Below the pieces are notes generated by a model that worked only from the letters and a program-made list of their open reading frames with translations, was not told the DNA's origin and searched no databases. A stretch of 64,000 nucleotides of DNA from Callorhinchus milii (taxonomy: Eukaryota), in the NCBI RefSeq assembly GCF_018977255.1, contig NW_024704742.1, forward strand, positions 41,666,001-41,730,000. The letters are read 5' to 3'. Shown piece by piece: positions 38,431 to 51,568 of the stretch; within the stretch, counting starts at the first letter, position 1, and each line of letters opens with the position of its first letter. The translations under genes were made by a program, and so were the position numbers.

Positions 38431-39139
38431 ACAGTGCAAGTTCTTTTTTCTTTACTAATTCAGTGATATTACCATTTCTGTCTAATAACTGTCACAAGTG
38501 CTTGCTGAAAGAGTTAATTCAATTTCCTGTATTTTGTGAAAGATGCCACGAGCTGTTCCATGTACCGACAAGTCTCTGCATTAGCGCAGCTTCCAGTTCT
38601 GTTCCGGGAGTGCTCTTTGCCTGGATAAGGTCATCATTTTTGCATGACACATCAAACTTTTAAACATTAGAGTGTGAGTTGTTAAAAATTCACGACTCTC
38701 TAAATCTTCCTGCAATAGAGTTCACAAGTCTGTGCCCATCAGTTTTAACCTGGAGAGAGGATGTCCCTCTGCCTGCCCTCCCCTCCCCCCACTGACAGTC
38801 TGAGTGTCAACAGTAGCCCTACATTGTACAGTAAGTACATCTTTCTCATTTTGTTATTTTATGCCTCTGATGCTGGAGCCATGATTTCTATTGAGAAGTG
38901 CTGACTTTAAAGCCCAGTGTTGGTTATCATTCAAAATGTCTTTCTCAATATGTAAGGAAATCACACTGATCCTGAAGCAAACTATTTCAGGAATGGAGGA
39001 TCCAAGAATTGTCAGGAGTCACATTGCAAATCCTACATTTTAGCCCCCACTGTCTACGGTATGAAAGAAAACTACTTCACCAAGTGATTTCAAGTTTAAA
39101 GAAAACAGCACTTATTGCTAGTTCCACAACTGAAATAGT

Positions 39140-39545
39140 GAATTCTGGTACCACTCTCACCTCTGAGTCAGAAGGCTGTGATTCAGCCGTGTCAGAACTT
39201 TATGTACTGTAGGCTAATATTCCAATGTAGGGAAGCACTATATTACTGAAAGTGCCAATGCTTTGAATGAGACGTTAAACCAAGTTCAGGTGAATGTTTA
39301 AACAGAATTGCACTATTTGAAAAGACAAGTGAGTTTCTCTCAGTGTCCTGGCAGAATGTCCCCCAAACTAAGAATAAAGGTCATTTACTTACTTGTTGTT
39401 GATGGGGCATTGCCATGTACAAATTGACTGCTTGCATTTGCCTACAAAAGCACAGTCACTACAGTTAACAGAAAAATTCTGTGACATGCCTTGATATGTT
39501 TTGGCACAAAAGGGTGCTATATCAAATAGAAGGATTATTATTAAT
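39140..39545 (+). mobile_element. Old Deu-domain SINE
   Basis: GGTACCACTCTCACCTCTGAGTCAGAAGG head; TGAGACGTTAAACCAAG; GTGTCCTGGC; GCTATATCAAATAGAAGGATTATTA tail. Confidence 0.8.
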
Positions 39546-40537
39546 ATCGCTGTGTGTAACTGCCAGAGAAAAAAAACTGGGGTCTTTTCTTAAAGAGGGA
39601 TGTTTAATTGCAGGTCAACCAAGGGGAGATTGCAGAGCCAAGTCTGGAGCTATCCATAATGTGAATTGGCCCATTTTGGGCATAAATATTAACCTGGGAG
39701 GCGAGGGACTGATGAAAAGAGCAAAACAAATAAAAAGGCAAAACATTATGGATTATAAGATGAATAATGACTTTGTACCCCACTTTATGAATCCTAACAT
39801 TTAGTTCAAGAATTAGTACAGGGGGAAATGCCAGTTAGTGTTAAACGGTGTGTAAAATGTGGGAATGCATATCTTCTACGCAATTGGAGTTTGATGGAAA
39901 TCTATATTTACCACTGAGCTTTGACCTCACATGGAATTGCTTTTCATTTTTTAGCTATTTGTGAGTGACTGCCAATGGCACCCAAAGAATTGGTTCTACT
40001 GTAAAATGATAAGGTTACAGCACATCTGCTATTACTGGGAGAATTGACTGGCCTCCCTTAGAGAGGGCCCGCCATCTCTGGTGTTCAAGGTCATTTATTC
40101 CATTAATACATTTCTTTCCGAAGAACTATGACTCATTGTCACACAGATATACCATGCATCATATATGCTGACAACGCCTTGATTTAGTTCATTCTGCTGC
40201 TCCCTCCAGCATTCACATTCTGTAATGTCAAAGGGTTGATGTTTGCCTGCAGGCTTATGTAGTTGCTCTTCATTGCCTTCTCTCACTGGTTCTATGTGAT
40301 TGAGCAGAAGGAAATTGTAATGACATTTTAAATCTTTGTAACATTTTTAGTACTTTCATACTTTGTTTCAGGGTTTGAGGGTGTGTACCAGATGATACTT
40401 ACAGATGTAAAGAAACAATGCAAATTTTGTTAACTCCTTCAGGTATGAGAATAATATTTTCTTCTTTATTTTTTTCCCATTGGGATTTCTTGCTCATTTT
40501 GCCTGGAAGCCCTTTTAGTCGGAATGAAAGAAGCTGT

Positions 40538-40566
40538 GTATATATATATATATATATACTATATAT
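40538..40566. repeat. (TA)n microsatellite
   Basis: Directly visible. Confidence 0.9.
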
Positions 40567-42121
40567 TGATTGCAAGTGAGCTTCTGTTCCATCCAAATCT
40601 CACCTATCATTGACTCGCCTTATGAAGTTAAGTTATATCTGAAACTCACAACTCCATTACATGAGTAGGGTGTAGATGTTAACCTAGGAGGCGAAGGAGT
40701 GATAAAAAGAGGCATTCTCCATTTGACAACACTAGTAATATAAGTTACAAGACCAAAAGCTAAGATTCGGGAAAAAAATGGTCTTTAGGCTCTATTTTAC
40801 CTTATCCTTCCCAATTCCCACTCTAGAGAGAATATTTCTATTTTGAATGATCTTTGTATGATAGAAACCTACAGCAACAACAAATTACATTTATACAGCG
40901 CCTTTCACCTGGGGAGGACATCCCAAGGTGCTGGATAGTGAAGGGGTTGGGGGTTGGAGTCAAAATCCTTGCTACTTTTGTCTCTGTTTATCTTGCCACA
41001 GGATCCTCCCTCCGCATCTTGCTCATTCTGGCGCCATTGTTGAGTAAAATGTAAAATACTGCAGAACTGCTCCGGATGCCCTCCACTCCAAAACGGGGGA
41101 GGGTAAGGGTAGTGGAGGTGCAGGAACATAAGTTTTGGCATATGTTGGAAAAACATCTTTATTGACTCCATCACTAAATCAAATAGAAAGTGACAAACAA
41201 TTATGTAAATATATATATATGCATACATTTTGAAGAAATTTGGTAATATTTCTAACTTGGCACACTGGTAACAATATATTCACTTACAAAATACACAGTC
41301 ACTACACTCCACAGTTAATCTTGGGAAACACTTTGATATATCTTCCTAACATGACAGGCACTATATCAAAACACAAGGATTGTTATTACTTTATTATATG
41401 TTACATGGTACAGTTTTCTGTAACATTAGTAGACAGTACAAAGGAATGAATATATTAGCTTTACAGTAACATTGTGTTACTTCTTTATAAAATTGTACCC
41501 GGCCAATGGAATTAATGAAAAGGGCAATAGCAATGAAAAATGGCGAATGACACTTTGGCATTTGCTGTTAGTTAGCTTACAGGAAATTCTGGTTGCTGTT
41601 GACTCGAGATCCATAAAAAGACTGCTGAGTCTTATTAAAAATAACTTTTCTTTGTTTTTTATGGGAAATTTTTCTTTATTTGAAAAAGAAAATCTCATAT
41701 TTCATTTTGCAATTCCACATTAAATTCATAATTAAACTGACAAAAAAAGCAAAAGTAAGGGGTTTGCAGTAAAAAAAGGAAATATCTTGAAACAAAATAA
41801 TAAAGCGGATTAATTCTCTGGACTGGCAGTTCCTCCTACATGGGTTGGGACTCTGTTCCTATTAACAAGATTTTGAAGTGGGAGAGAATTGGATAACCAA
41901 ATTCTGTAAGACGAAATAATAAAGGTTGGACTGAAATGTAATACTGATAACAAAATATAACATTTGTAACTTCATATAACTTCGGACTGAAAACAATGCA
42001 GACTGCTGGGTATGAAAACTTGGATTCAGATTAAATTATGGAGGGACAGAAATATGGTTACACAGTGATTTCACTTATGCTAAGGAGAGGGAATAGCTTG
42101 GGAGGCTACTTGTCTATCTTG

Positions 42122-42480
42122 GTGTCAGCCTGGCTCTATTAATAGCAATCTCACTTCTGAGAGTCAGAACATTGTGGGTTAGAAAACATTGGGACATTGA
42201 ACTCACAATCTAGGTTGGTATTTTAATACAAGGGGAAGCTTTGGATTGTCAGATATGCCTTCTTTCGGATGAGATATTAAACTGAGATTCCATCCGCTTA
42301 TTTCATGTGGATTTTAAAGATCCCATGACACTACTTGAAAAGAGAAGAAAGTTCCACCCGGTGTCCTGACTCCGATAAAATTGGTTATTCACTTCATTGC
42401 TGTTTGTGGGTCGTTGCTGTGTGCAAATTAGCTGCCACATTCGCCCAGAATACAACTTATCACAACTCCTTTGAAGTACT
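42122..42480 (+). mobile_element. Old Deu-domain SINE
   Basis: GTGTCAGCCTGGCTC head; TTTCGGATGAGATATTAAAC; AAAGATCCCATGACACTA; TTGCTGTTTGTGGG. Confidence 0.8.
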
Positions 42481-42619
42481 AAACTGACACAGTTACGAGA
42501 GGTACAACCTGTATTAGGATAGGAACAATATTACTTCACATTTCCAGAGGAAGTCCAGCTGAGTACAGATACTTTTTCTTCATTTTAAAAGGGAATGATT
42601 AACCCAATCCTAGATGATA

Positions 42620-42693
42620 TTACAGCGCCTTGGGACGTCCTCCTGACGTGAAAGGCGCTTTATAAATGGAATCTTGTTGTTGTTGTTGTTGTT
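42620..42693 (+). mobile_element. Isolated L2 3' tail
   Basis: CAGCGCCTTGGGACGTCCTCCTGACGTGAAAGGCGCT plus (TTG)n. Confidence 0.85.
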
Positions 42694-43020
42694 GATATGA
42701 ACTGGGACCATTCTATAAACTGAACCGACTCAATTTAGGGCACTTTGAATCTGGAATTTGGTTTGGCTTTCATTCCATTGCACGACTCCTTTGTTTACTT
42801 TTCAGACCAGATTTTACATGACGTAGCTTGCACTAACAATTTTATGTTAGTACAAGATCAATATTGTATTTGTATGGTTGGTACAAAGTTGCTTGTATAA
42901 ATTGTGTGCAACATGATCTTAATGCAGCCCTGTAACCATTCACTCTAAAAATACCCATTAAAGACCAAGTCATAAAAGCCTCACAATTCTTACAAGTGAG
43001 ACTGAGGGAATTTGTCATTT

Positions 43021-43381
43021 AATAACAATAATGCTTGCATTTGATATAGCGCCTTATCACATTATTGAGGCAACTCAAAGTATTTCACAGAATATAGGTA
43101 AACTGAAATAACTGTATATTTTGTGGGTGAAACGCAGCAGCCAATTACGCACAACAATGTCCCACCTACAGTCATGAATTGATTGACCAAATTATTATCA
43201 TTATTTCTTTTGAAGGGACTATTACCACTGGAAAGCGATCCTCCAATCGACTAACAACTGGGTTCCTACTTACTGCTGTGGAGAAGGAAACTTGCCTAAG
43301 ATATTGCCCTGCCTGAAATCGAATCCTGGTCCTCTTGCTTGTGAGGTGAGTATTCTAACCAATACACTACAGGACTCCACA
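43021..43381 (-). mobile_element. tRNA-Ala SINE, long subfamily
   Basis: Contains the reverse of the extra module (CGACTAACAACTGGGTTCCTACTTACTGCT); ends CTACAGGACTCCACA. Confidence 0.9.
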
Positions 43382-43824
43382 TTTATATGTACATTTTACT
43401 TCAATATTACATATTGGTCTTTCTTGAATTAAAGGTCTGAAATAGATTGCTTTGTTTTTTCAAAAATATTTGCAAAATGTCCGAACTTAAAAGTAAATGG
43501 ATTTGGAGAATCTGCCATTAATGGATCAAGGTCTGGGTCAATTAGTAACGGTATAAAAGCACGCCACAGAAAGAGCTTTCAGTAAAAGCATGAAAGTGCT
43601 TTTTGCTTGAAAATTCAATTTGCTCTTCAAATGAAGATTAATTTGAAATCTCATTGCTGCATAGATTATTATGATAAGACCTCACTGAAAGCATATTCCT
43701 GTCCTGTTCTTCCAGTGACTCTGAATTTATCCATTTTATTTGGAAAGAACTTGTATATTTAAAATGCTTTAACTCATCAAATGTTTCAAAGTGCTTCTCA
43801 AGTAATTTCAGGCTATTGCTGAAG

Positions 43825-43996
43825 ATACTGCCCTGGCTCATTGGTAGGACCTGGAAGGGCAAAGCAGTCACTGGGGGCAAGCTCGCCAGAGTGATATCAA
43901 TGGCAAGCTATGCGGTTTTAGTTGGGTAGACTCTAGCAGTACCCCAACACTCACTCTCGGGTCCCCAAGCCTTGATTCTTGCCAATTTACGCCTAA
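43825..43996 (+). mobile_element. Family X internal fragment
   Basis: CCTGGCTCATTGGTAGGACCTGGAAGGGCA..AGTCACTGGGG..GACTCTAGCAGTACCCCAAC..CCAAGCCTTG. Confidence 0.8.
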
Positions 43997-44295
43997 TGTG
44001 GATTCCTGTAGCTCTGTGGTTAGAGACTCGCCTGGCAAGCGAGAGACCTGGGTTCGATTCCCAGCAGGGCGAAACCTTGGGCAAGTTTCCTTACTCCACA
44101 CACCCAATAATAATCCCTCAAGAAAACAAAACAATATTAAATTGGTCACTTCAATCCATGACTGTTTGTGGGACACTGCTGTGTGCAATTGGCTGCCGCC
44201 TTTCGCCCACAAAATATACAGTCAATTCATTTTACAATATATTCTGTGAAGAGCTTTGAGACGTGTAGAAGACATGAAAAGCGCTATATCAAATG
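43997..44295 (+). mobile_element. tRNA-Ala SINE, short subfamily
   Basis: TGTGGATTCCTGTAGCTCTGTGG..GGGTTCGATTCCC; standard body. Confidence 0.92.
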
Positions 44296-45309
44296 TGTTT
44301 TGTTAGCAAACAAAGCATGTGAAGGCACACCAGGACAAACATTATCTGATTTTCCTCTCAATCCACAGGTCCCAAGGCTAAAACAAAATCACCACACTAA
44401 TTATTCATGAAAGCTTTTGAGACATCTTGACATTATAAGGCAAGATCACAATGCATATTCTTTATTTTATTGTGCCCCTAAACATTTGCATTGTACAATG
44501 TAAAAAAAAGCTTTATAATAACGAGGAGCTGGTGAGCTTATTAAAACCCAGTATTCAAAGATTTAGTGTCCTGAATCCACTTCTTAAAGGTCATTACCTG
44601 AATTATGTGACTACCCTGTTAACTGTTCCACTGAATGATATCCTGGGTTGAGCAGATAATTTAAAGTGTTTCTCTAAGAGTCAACCCATGACCTCACCAG
44701 AGTAAAAATCCATCGAGAAGCAGGACATTCATATAGATTCAGCAGTATGCCTGAAGTCGCTTTTGAAGTTTTAATTAGAAATCCATTACTTGTCAGAATT
44801 TAAAAAAAAGTGTATGAATAGTAATTTAGGTTGGGGATTTAATTCCAAAGTGAAAAGATATCAGGCCTGTAAAATATCATGGTTCAAATGAATTTCATGA
44901 AAATTATTATCATTTTAAATCTAATTAATTTGATCTCAAAGTCATTTCATCACCATCATCTAAGATTGCTTTCCTCGCCCTTCTTTCCCTATCATAATAA
45001 ATGACTTGAGGAAAAATGTTTTGATGACACACTTTCACTTCTAAAAGAGTCTTAAATTAGGTCAACACTTAATCAGTTAATACTGCAACACGACAGAGAA
45101 CTATTGCAGTCCACCTGGCCCTAGGTTCTCTGTCTGACTGAGATAGGGCAAAGTGTTGGCTTGAGTCGAATTTTCATTGATCACTTCATCTCCAATTACA
45201 TGCAAAACATTTCCTGAGGTTCATAAAATTGGCCAGTTAAGTTGATTATTAGGTGGTAGATCCAGCCTGCTTTGGACTCAACCCAATCATTGTGATGCCC
45301 TCAGCGTTT

Positions 45310-45760
45310 CTTCATTTAAAGTTAAACCATGAGCTTGAAACAGAATGCTTTGTCAAAAGTGACTATTGAAGCTGAGAACATAACAATGTTTAAAAAGGAA
45401 TTGAATAAACATTAGAAGAGGAACAATTTAAACAGGTATGAGCAAGAAACAGGAAATTAGGATAATAATAATCCTTGCATTTGATATAGCGCCTTATCAT
45501 ATTGTTGAGATGTCTCAAAGAGGTTCCCAGAATAATAATAATAATAATCCTTGCATTTGATACAGCACTTTTCACGTCTTCTAGACGTCTCAAAATGCTT
45601 CACAGAATATGCTGTAAAGTGAATTGACCGTATATTTGTGGGCGAATGCAGCAGCCAATTTCACACAGCAGAGTCCCACAAACAGTCGTTGATTGACCCA
45701 ATTATTATTAATGAGCTGAATGGCTTCATTCTGTGCTGTAATTTGTATTCTGATTCTCAT
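45310..45760 (+). mobile_element. CR1 3' end interrupted by two stacked SINE tails (45463-45710, -)
   Basis: TTTAAAAAGGAATTGAATAAAC..GGTATGAG | (AAT)nCCTTGCATTTG twice | ATGAGCTGAATGGCTTCATTCTGTGCTGTAA. Confidence 0.75.
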
Positions 45761-46659
45761 TGTGCAATGTTAGTCTGTCATATCTAATTGTATTTGAACA
45801 CAATAAAAATTAACTTACTGAAATCTATAAAATAAAACTTAAAATACTGCTTTCACTCATGGCTCAGTTTGTGTGCCTATTACCTCCCTGTCCTACAATT
45901 TACTGGAATATAAATCTTGCCATCCTTAACTCTGCAATAACATCAGCCACACCCATTCATACTGCAGACTCCCATTGGAGCACTAAACATGTTATCTGAG
46001 CTTGTGGAATCACAGTTGTGATGACAGCAGAGATTCAAGCTTAATAGAGAATTTATCAGCTTCATGGGACTGTTTTGTAATTTACTGAGTCTAGTGTTAC
46101 CATTAGATTCTGAAATATTCGCAGACCTGCAGACATTTTCCACAATCTGATAGCTCAGCAAGAGGGAATGGTGAAATGTATGACTGGCCTCCACAAACAC
46201 CCCTAAGCAATAATATTATCCACAAGAGTTCCTGTAACCTTTTTAGCAACTGTTAACATCCATTTAAGGTAGGAAATAGAAATGGATTTGTCACTGTAGT
46301 TCCATAGAGGATGCTGCACAGCCTAGAGTGTCTTTCTAGACGGTAACACATTAAGAGGTCAAGATGACATCATAACCACAAGAACATATCAACAAGGAAA
46401 GCACCGCAGTACACAGAAACAAGAGGATTTCCATATTTCCATGACCTGGTTTTGTGTGTTTGTCAGCAGGAATATTACGGCAGAATGTGACAAACAGTCT
46501 ACTATCCCTTGTGAACAATATGATTCGACTAACAGTGATATTGTACATCTGATTTAACTAACAGTCATTTGTTTGGAGGTTATATTTACAGGTGTAATTA
46601 AATTAGCATCAATGCTGTACATTTGAAGACCAAAATTTCACTTAGTCTTAGCCTGTGAA

Positions 46660-47199
46660 TTTATTTTGGGTCAACTGAATGTCTTGTACATGCAGGAAAC
46701 CCAAATACATGCTTAAGAGTATCCAAACCAGATTGTGAGTTCCACATAAGTATGTCACCTCCACATGGAAATTTCCCTGTGTCTGAAATGGAATGGAATA
46801 TATACTATCTCCGTTGAAGGTTGCACACTGTTTACCTAATTCTGGAGGGTATTAGGCGCAGCTTGCCATGAAACAAGGCTTGGGGACTCCAGAGTGTATG
46901 TTGAGATATTGCTGGAGCTTAACCAGCTTGTCCTTGAGAGCACTGTCTGGAAAGCTTCCTGCTGCTTGGTCACCTAGGAACATTCCTAGCCATCAGGGGT
47001 TTGACTGCAGTGTTAACAAAAGCAGAGTGGGAAGAATCCCTGATCCAAGTCTTCCCTTTCCAAGTCTTGCTGATGAGTAAAAATGGCTGATCTGTCATAT
47101 CCAATGGAGTATTGTGGACCTTCCTGAATCAGTAACCACACAACTGAGACCACCAAAGAGGATTACCTCGATTCCAACATTACATTGCCAAATATGTCA
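46660..47199 (-). mobile_element. Family X, near full length (left arm of head-to-head pair)
   Basis: Reverse complement begins TGACATATTTGGCAATGTAATGTTGGAATCGAG and ends GACATTCAGTTGACCCAAAATAAA. Confidence 0.85.
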
Positions 47200-47735
47200 T
47201 GTCAGAATCGAGCCAGCCCTTTGTAGTGGTCTGAGCAGTTTGGTTCCTGAGCCAGGCTGCTCTGCAGAATTCCAGGACACTGCTGATGACAGCACAGCCA
47301 GCCTGGCTCATCAGCAAGACTTGTAAAGGCAGACTAGTCACTGGGGACAGGGAATCATTCCACCCAGTTCCTGCTAACCCTGCAAGCCAAAGCCCTAATG
47401 GATAGGGTGGTCCTAGCTGGACAAGCAGCGGGAAAGCTTGCCAGATACTGCTATCAATGACAAGCTATGTTGTTTGGCTGGTTAGACTCTAGCAGTACCC
47501 CAATGTGCACTCTGGGTTCCTCAAGCCTTGGCTCTTGCAAACCTGTGCCTAATACTTTCCGGAATTAGGTAAGCAGGATACGTCCCTCTAGGGAAAGTGT
47601 GCACATTCCAACAATCTATCTCTGGAATTTCCATGTGTAGGTGGGATTCATGGAATTCAGTTTGGTTTGGATACTCTTAAGCATGGTAATTGGTTTCTGG
47701 ATGTGTCAGACACACAGCTGAGCCCCCAAAAAACA
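47200..47735 (+). mobile_element. Family X, near full length (right arm)
   Basis: TGTCAGAATCGAGCCAGCC...GGTTTGGATACTCTTAAGCATG..GTGTCAGACACACAGCTGAGCCCCCAAAAAACA. Confidence 0.88.
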
Positions 47736-47789
47736 CCAACAGCTGGATTTTGCTAAATTTAATTAATGTGCTTCATATGTGTCAGACGT

Positions 47790-48135
47790 TTGTGAGTTCA
47801 AGCCAGAGTTGTAATTTGGAACTCATATAGTCTGATATCCAATGCACTGTTGGGAGTTGTTGCCATCCTTCAGATCAGACTTTAAACAAAGATCCTGCTG
47901 GCCTGTTCAGATGGTTGTTTAAGGATACCAGGGCACTATTCAAAGACAAAAGGGAGTTTTCCCAGTGTCCTGGCCAACAATCAGAAAAAAACTAGTCAGT
48001 CTCTTCATGTCTGTTTGTGCGACTTTGCTGTGACAAAACGGCTGCCTAGCATGCCTACAAAATATACAATCCACTACCCTATGCAACAAAGCACTTTGAA
48101 ATATTCTCCTGATGTGGAAGGCACTACATCAAATA
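47790..48135 (+). mobile_element. Old Deu-domain SINE, tail interrupted by a DNA transposon
   Basis: GTGAGTTCAAGCC head remnant; GGCACTATTCAAAGA..GTGTCCTGGCCAAC; AAGGCACTACATCAAATA, with GGATT resuming after 48763. Confidence 0.75.
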
Positions 48136-48761
48136 CAGTGGAAGCCTGTTAAGCCGGACACATCGAGGACAGGTGTTTTGCCCGGCTTAAGAGGCGTCTG
48201 TGGCTAGTGGAAGTTCTCTTACCTCTTCCCGGCCAGCAAAGGAGTGGTGGCATTTCTTTCCTCCCATTGCCGTTTCCATTGGATGGGATGGCGACCTATT
48301 AGTGGCGGCGCTAAGGTGGTTGACCACCCTGTAGCTGCTTGTGAATGTTTGGGCGCCACCCATTCACAAGTGATTCCAGCTGTCAATCAATCAGGATTTG
48401 ACTTCTTCCATTCCCTCCCTTGTTCTTCCCTATTCCTCCGCCCCCTCACAGGTTGACAGCCCAACACCAGCTGCTTGTGAATGGCTGGAGTCTGCTGTCA
48501 ATCAATCACAATTTGACTCCTCCCATCTCCATCTTGAAGCCCCTTGTGGCTGAATGCAGCCACTGGACACACTGAAGGCCCAAGTGAGGACATACAGTGG
48601 CGACCAGGGCAGCATTTTAACCGCAGTCACTGGATTTTCATCCGAATCAACCGGTATATTTAAGACAGGTAAGCATACACATGAATCAGGGTTGGGTGTT
48701 TTATTGAATTTAGCAGGGATCCGGCGTTAACCAACTTCCGGTTAAAGCAGATTCCACTTTG
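48136..48761. mobile_element. Non-autonomous Tc1/mariner (Tigger/pogo-like) DNA transposon
   Basis: TA|CAGTGGAAGCCTGTTAAGCCGGA ... TCCGGTTAAAGCAGATTCCACTTTG|TA: imperfect TIRs, TA duplication, higher GC/CpG than flanks. Confidence 0.8.
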
Positions 48762-51074
48762 TAGGATTTTACATCACAACATTCATTCCCATTTTGGTGA
48801 GAACGACTTACTTAGAACTTACTTGTCTCTTTATTCTCCTGGTGCTTTAAGCTGTGCAAATGCTTGCCTCTAAACCTCGGAGTGGGGTTATGAAGTTATC
48901 AACCAGAAAAGTATATATAATTCCTTCATCAGGCATGCCAGGGTAAGTTTGGACACAAGGGAAAACTTAGTGCCTGAACTAATCACAAAGTTAATCACCA
49001 GTTACTATACACCATTGAGCATTACTGTTTGAGTGCTCCCAGTGTATTTCATTAAATAATGCAAATCATATGATAAGTTCTCCAGAACATAAGTGGGCAA
49101 CATTTCTCAATGTTAACATCTGCTGATGTGTAGAATAATTCAATTTGTTTGTCTAGAATACCGAGCAGATTATTTGTGTTTATAAATGTCACATTCTCAG
49201 GATCGATTAAGAATTAGCATTGTATCTTTATCTCTTTTGTTATTTCTTGAGACGTTATGAAAGGCGCTATACAAATGTGAATGACCAATTTCAATAGGGG
49301 AATTGTTGGCAAGGACACCAGGAATAAACTCTCTTTTCAAATATTGCCATGGGATCTTTAAAGTCCATGTCAACTAAGGGAATGGACTTCCGTTTAACAT
49401 CTCATCCAAATGATGGTACCTCTAAAAATATCTCATTACTAATGGATATCAAATTCAATCATGTGATATCCAGAAACCATTAATATCTAGTGTAGAGTGA
49501 TATCTTATTAGACTTATCAGTCACATGTATAATGTTTGGTAGGCTGTGATGTTAACTGCATTAAAATAGATCAAAAAGGAGAATACTTATAGAACAAAAG
49601 AAGGAAAAATGATAACGAGGATTCTGGTGTTTTACAAAATGAGATATGAATTGAAAACTTGAACCGGCAGACGGGACCTTGGTTTAACGTCTCATCCTGA
49701 AAGACAATTGGCACTTATTAATTAGCACTAACAAAGCTTCAAATCAAGGTATAGTAAAATTAAGCTTTCATATTTGCCTGCAAGTTACAGTCATGGTACT
49801 TTATAGCATATCCTGTGAAGAGCTTTGAGATTACTTCCCAACATGGAAGGTGCTAGATCAAATGCAAGGATTATTTTATATGTTGACACATAGATGGGCA
49901 TTGATTAGATCAGTTTTTAAAGGGGATTTGGAGAAAGAAAGTAAAAAGATACAGGGAATAGAGCTGGAATTGGAACAGTTAGTGTCTCAAGGAGACACAA
50001 TTAAAGTGCCAGGTTAAAGATTTGACAGCATACCAAAAATGCTGTAAGTTGCAGTTTGCTGCAAAAATTGCATCGCTCCAAGTCATATTGGGGTCACAAC
50101 CAAAGTCAGCAGCTGAGCATTAAAAAAATGAAATCCATTTTTCTTCACAGAAAAATCTATTTTTTTATTTTTAAGCAGATAAAAATTAATTATAATTATT
50201 GTCACTTTGATCCTATGAAATAAAGATGGATGTATGCATGGCTGGTCATGTTAATATACTGTCTGTCAGGAAGAGACATGAGGCTCTGCAGCTGCAGTAA
50301 TTTGTCACTTGTGCAGACAATACACTGCAATATATTCCAACCTGAGCGGGCTGTTCTTAGCCATGGTTTGATCAATAAATGACAGCAGTCCTTTGCCAGT
50401 TTCATGGCATTTTGTCAATCAAACCTCAACCATCTGCAGTGTTTGAGCTGGTACAGTTTGCCCCAAGCACCTCAACACCTTCTGTACCAAGTCGCACAAT
50501 TACTTTCTTGCTCCAGAATCACTTGACCAGTACCGTGCAGCTGCAGGCAAATGGAACTTAAAAGGCTATTGCGTATAATTATAATATGAAAGCGAAGGAT
50601 AATACATCTGTAAAGTAGACTATATATTTCAGTACTATTGAGATAATAGTCTCCCTCTTGGCATAGCCAGAGGGCTGGGGGGAAAACCAATTCACAGCAT
50701 GTTTTATTCTGAGCAAACGGAATAAAAACAAAAGTTTATTCCAAGGATTTTGTTAAACTGGAAATAATTGAATACAATTTCTAGGCAAATAGAACGGAAT
50801 AGTAAAACGGTTAAGTATGCAATGGCACTGAAACTGGCAGCTTCATTGGCCAACTTTGTGTGGTGTTATTAAACACAGAAGGTAAAACTTCCTTCTCCTT
50901 CTCCCTCTCAATGATTTCCCTACTTTTAAAGGTCTCCCATATTATATCTCATTAACTTTGATGGTGTCATGCTGGTTTAAACGTTTGATGATTTTTTTGC
51001 ATTGATGCTTCTGGAAATGCTTCAAAAACTTTCCAAAAGTCTTGCTGGTCCTACTTGTAATTCACTTCCTGTGG

Positions 51075-51297
51075 TCAAATGGCCAAATGGCCAAGCCTGG
51101 GCTCTTGCCAACCCTCAGCTAATAATCTCCGGAATTAGGTAAGGAGAGTGCATCCCTCCCAAGAGAGGGCTTACATGCCATTCCCAAGACAGGGAAATTT
51201 CCATGTGTAGCTGGCATACATATGTGGAACTTTCATTCAGGTTTGGATACTCTTATTAATGGGTTTCTACATGTGTCAGACTGACAAAGATAAAAAT
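51075..51297 (+). mobile_element. Family X 3' fragment
   Basis: CCAAGCCTGGGCTCTTGCCAACC..CCGGAATTAGGTAAG..GGAAATTTCCATGTGTAG..GGTTTGGATACTCTTA..GTGTCAGACTGAC plus A-rich tail. Confidence 0.82.
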
Positions 51298-51568
51298 GTG
51301 TATGGTATCATTGGACAAGTTCTGTTTTTCTGTTTCAGTTCATCATGTTACATAATCCTAAAACAAGGCTAAAAGCTGTCTCTAACTCTAACGGAGACTG
51401 GAGTTTATAACTTCAAGCTTACCTAAGAGTGCAGAGCCTAATGCTTTGGGTGGGAACCAGGTATTGAATCTGGGAGGCAAGAAGGAGTTAAGTTGCGGGG
51501 ACAAAGCATGGATCACTGGGAAGGTGGAGTGTTTGGTTGTAGATAATTAACAAACTGTTTTTGTTTTT

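Noticed and set aside
47370..47385. CTAACCCT in family X as a telomerase RNA template
   Set aside because: Lacks the full CTAACCCTAA, lies mid-element, and other copies read TTAACCCTG, TTATCCCTG or TTAATCCTG.
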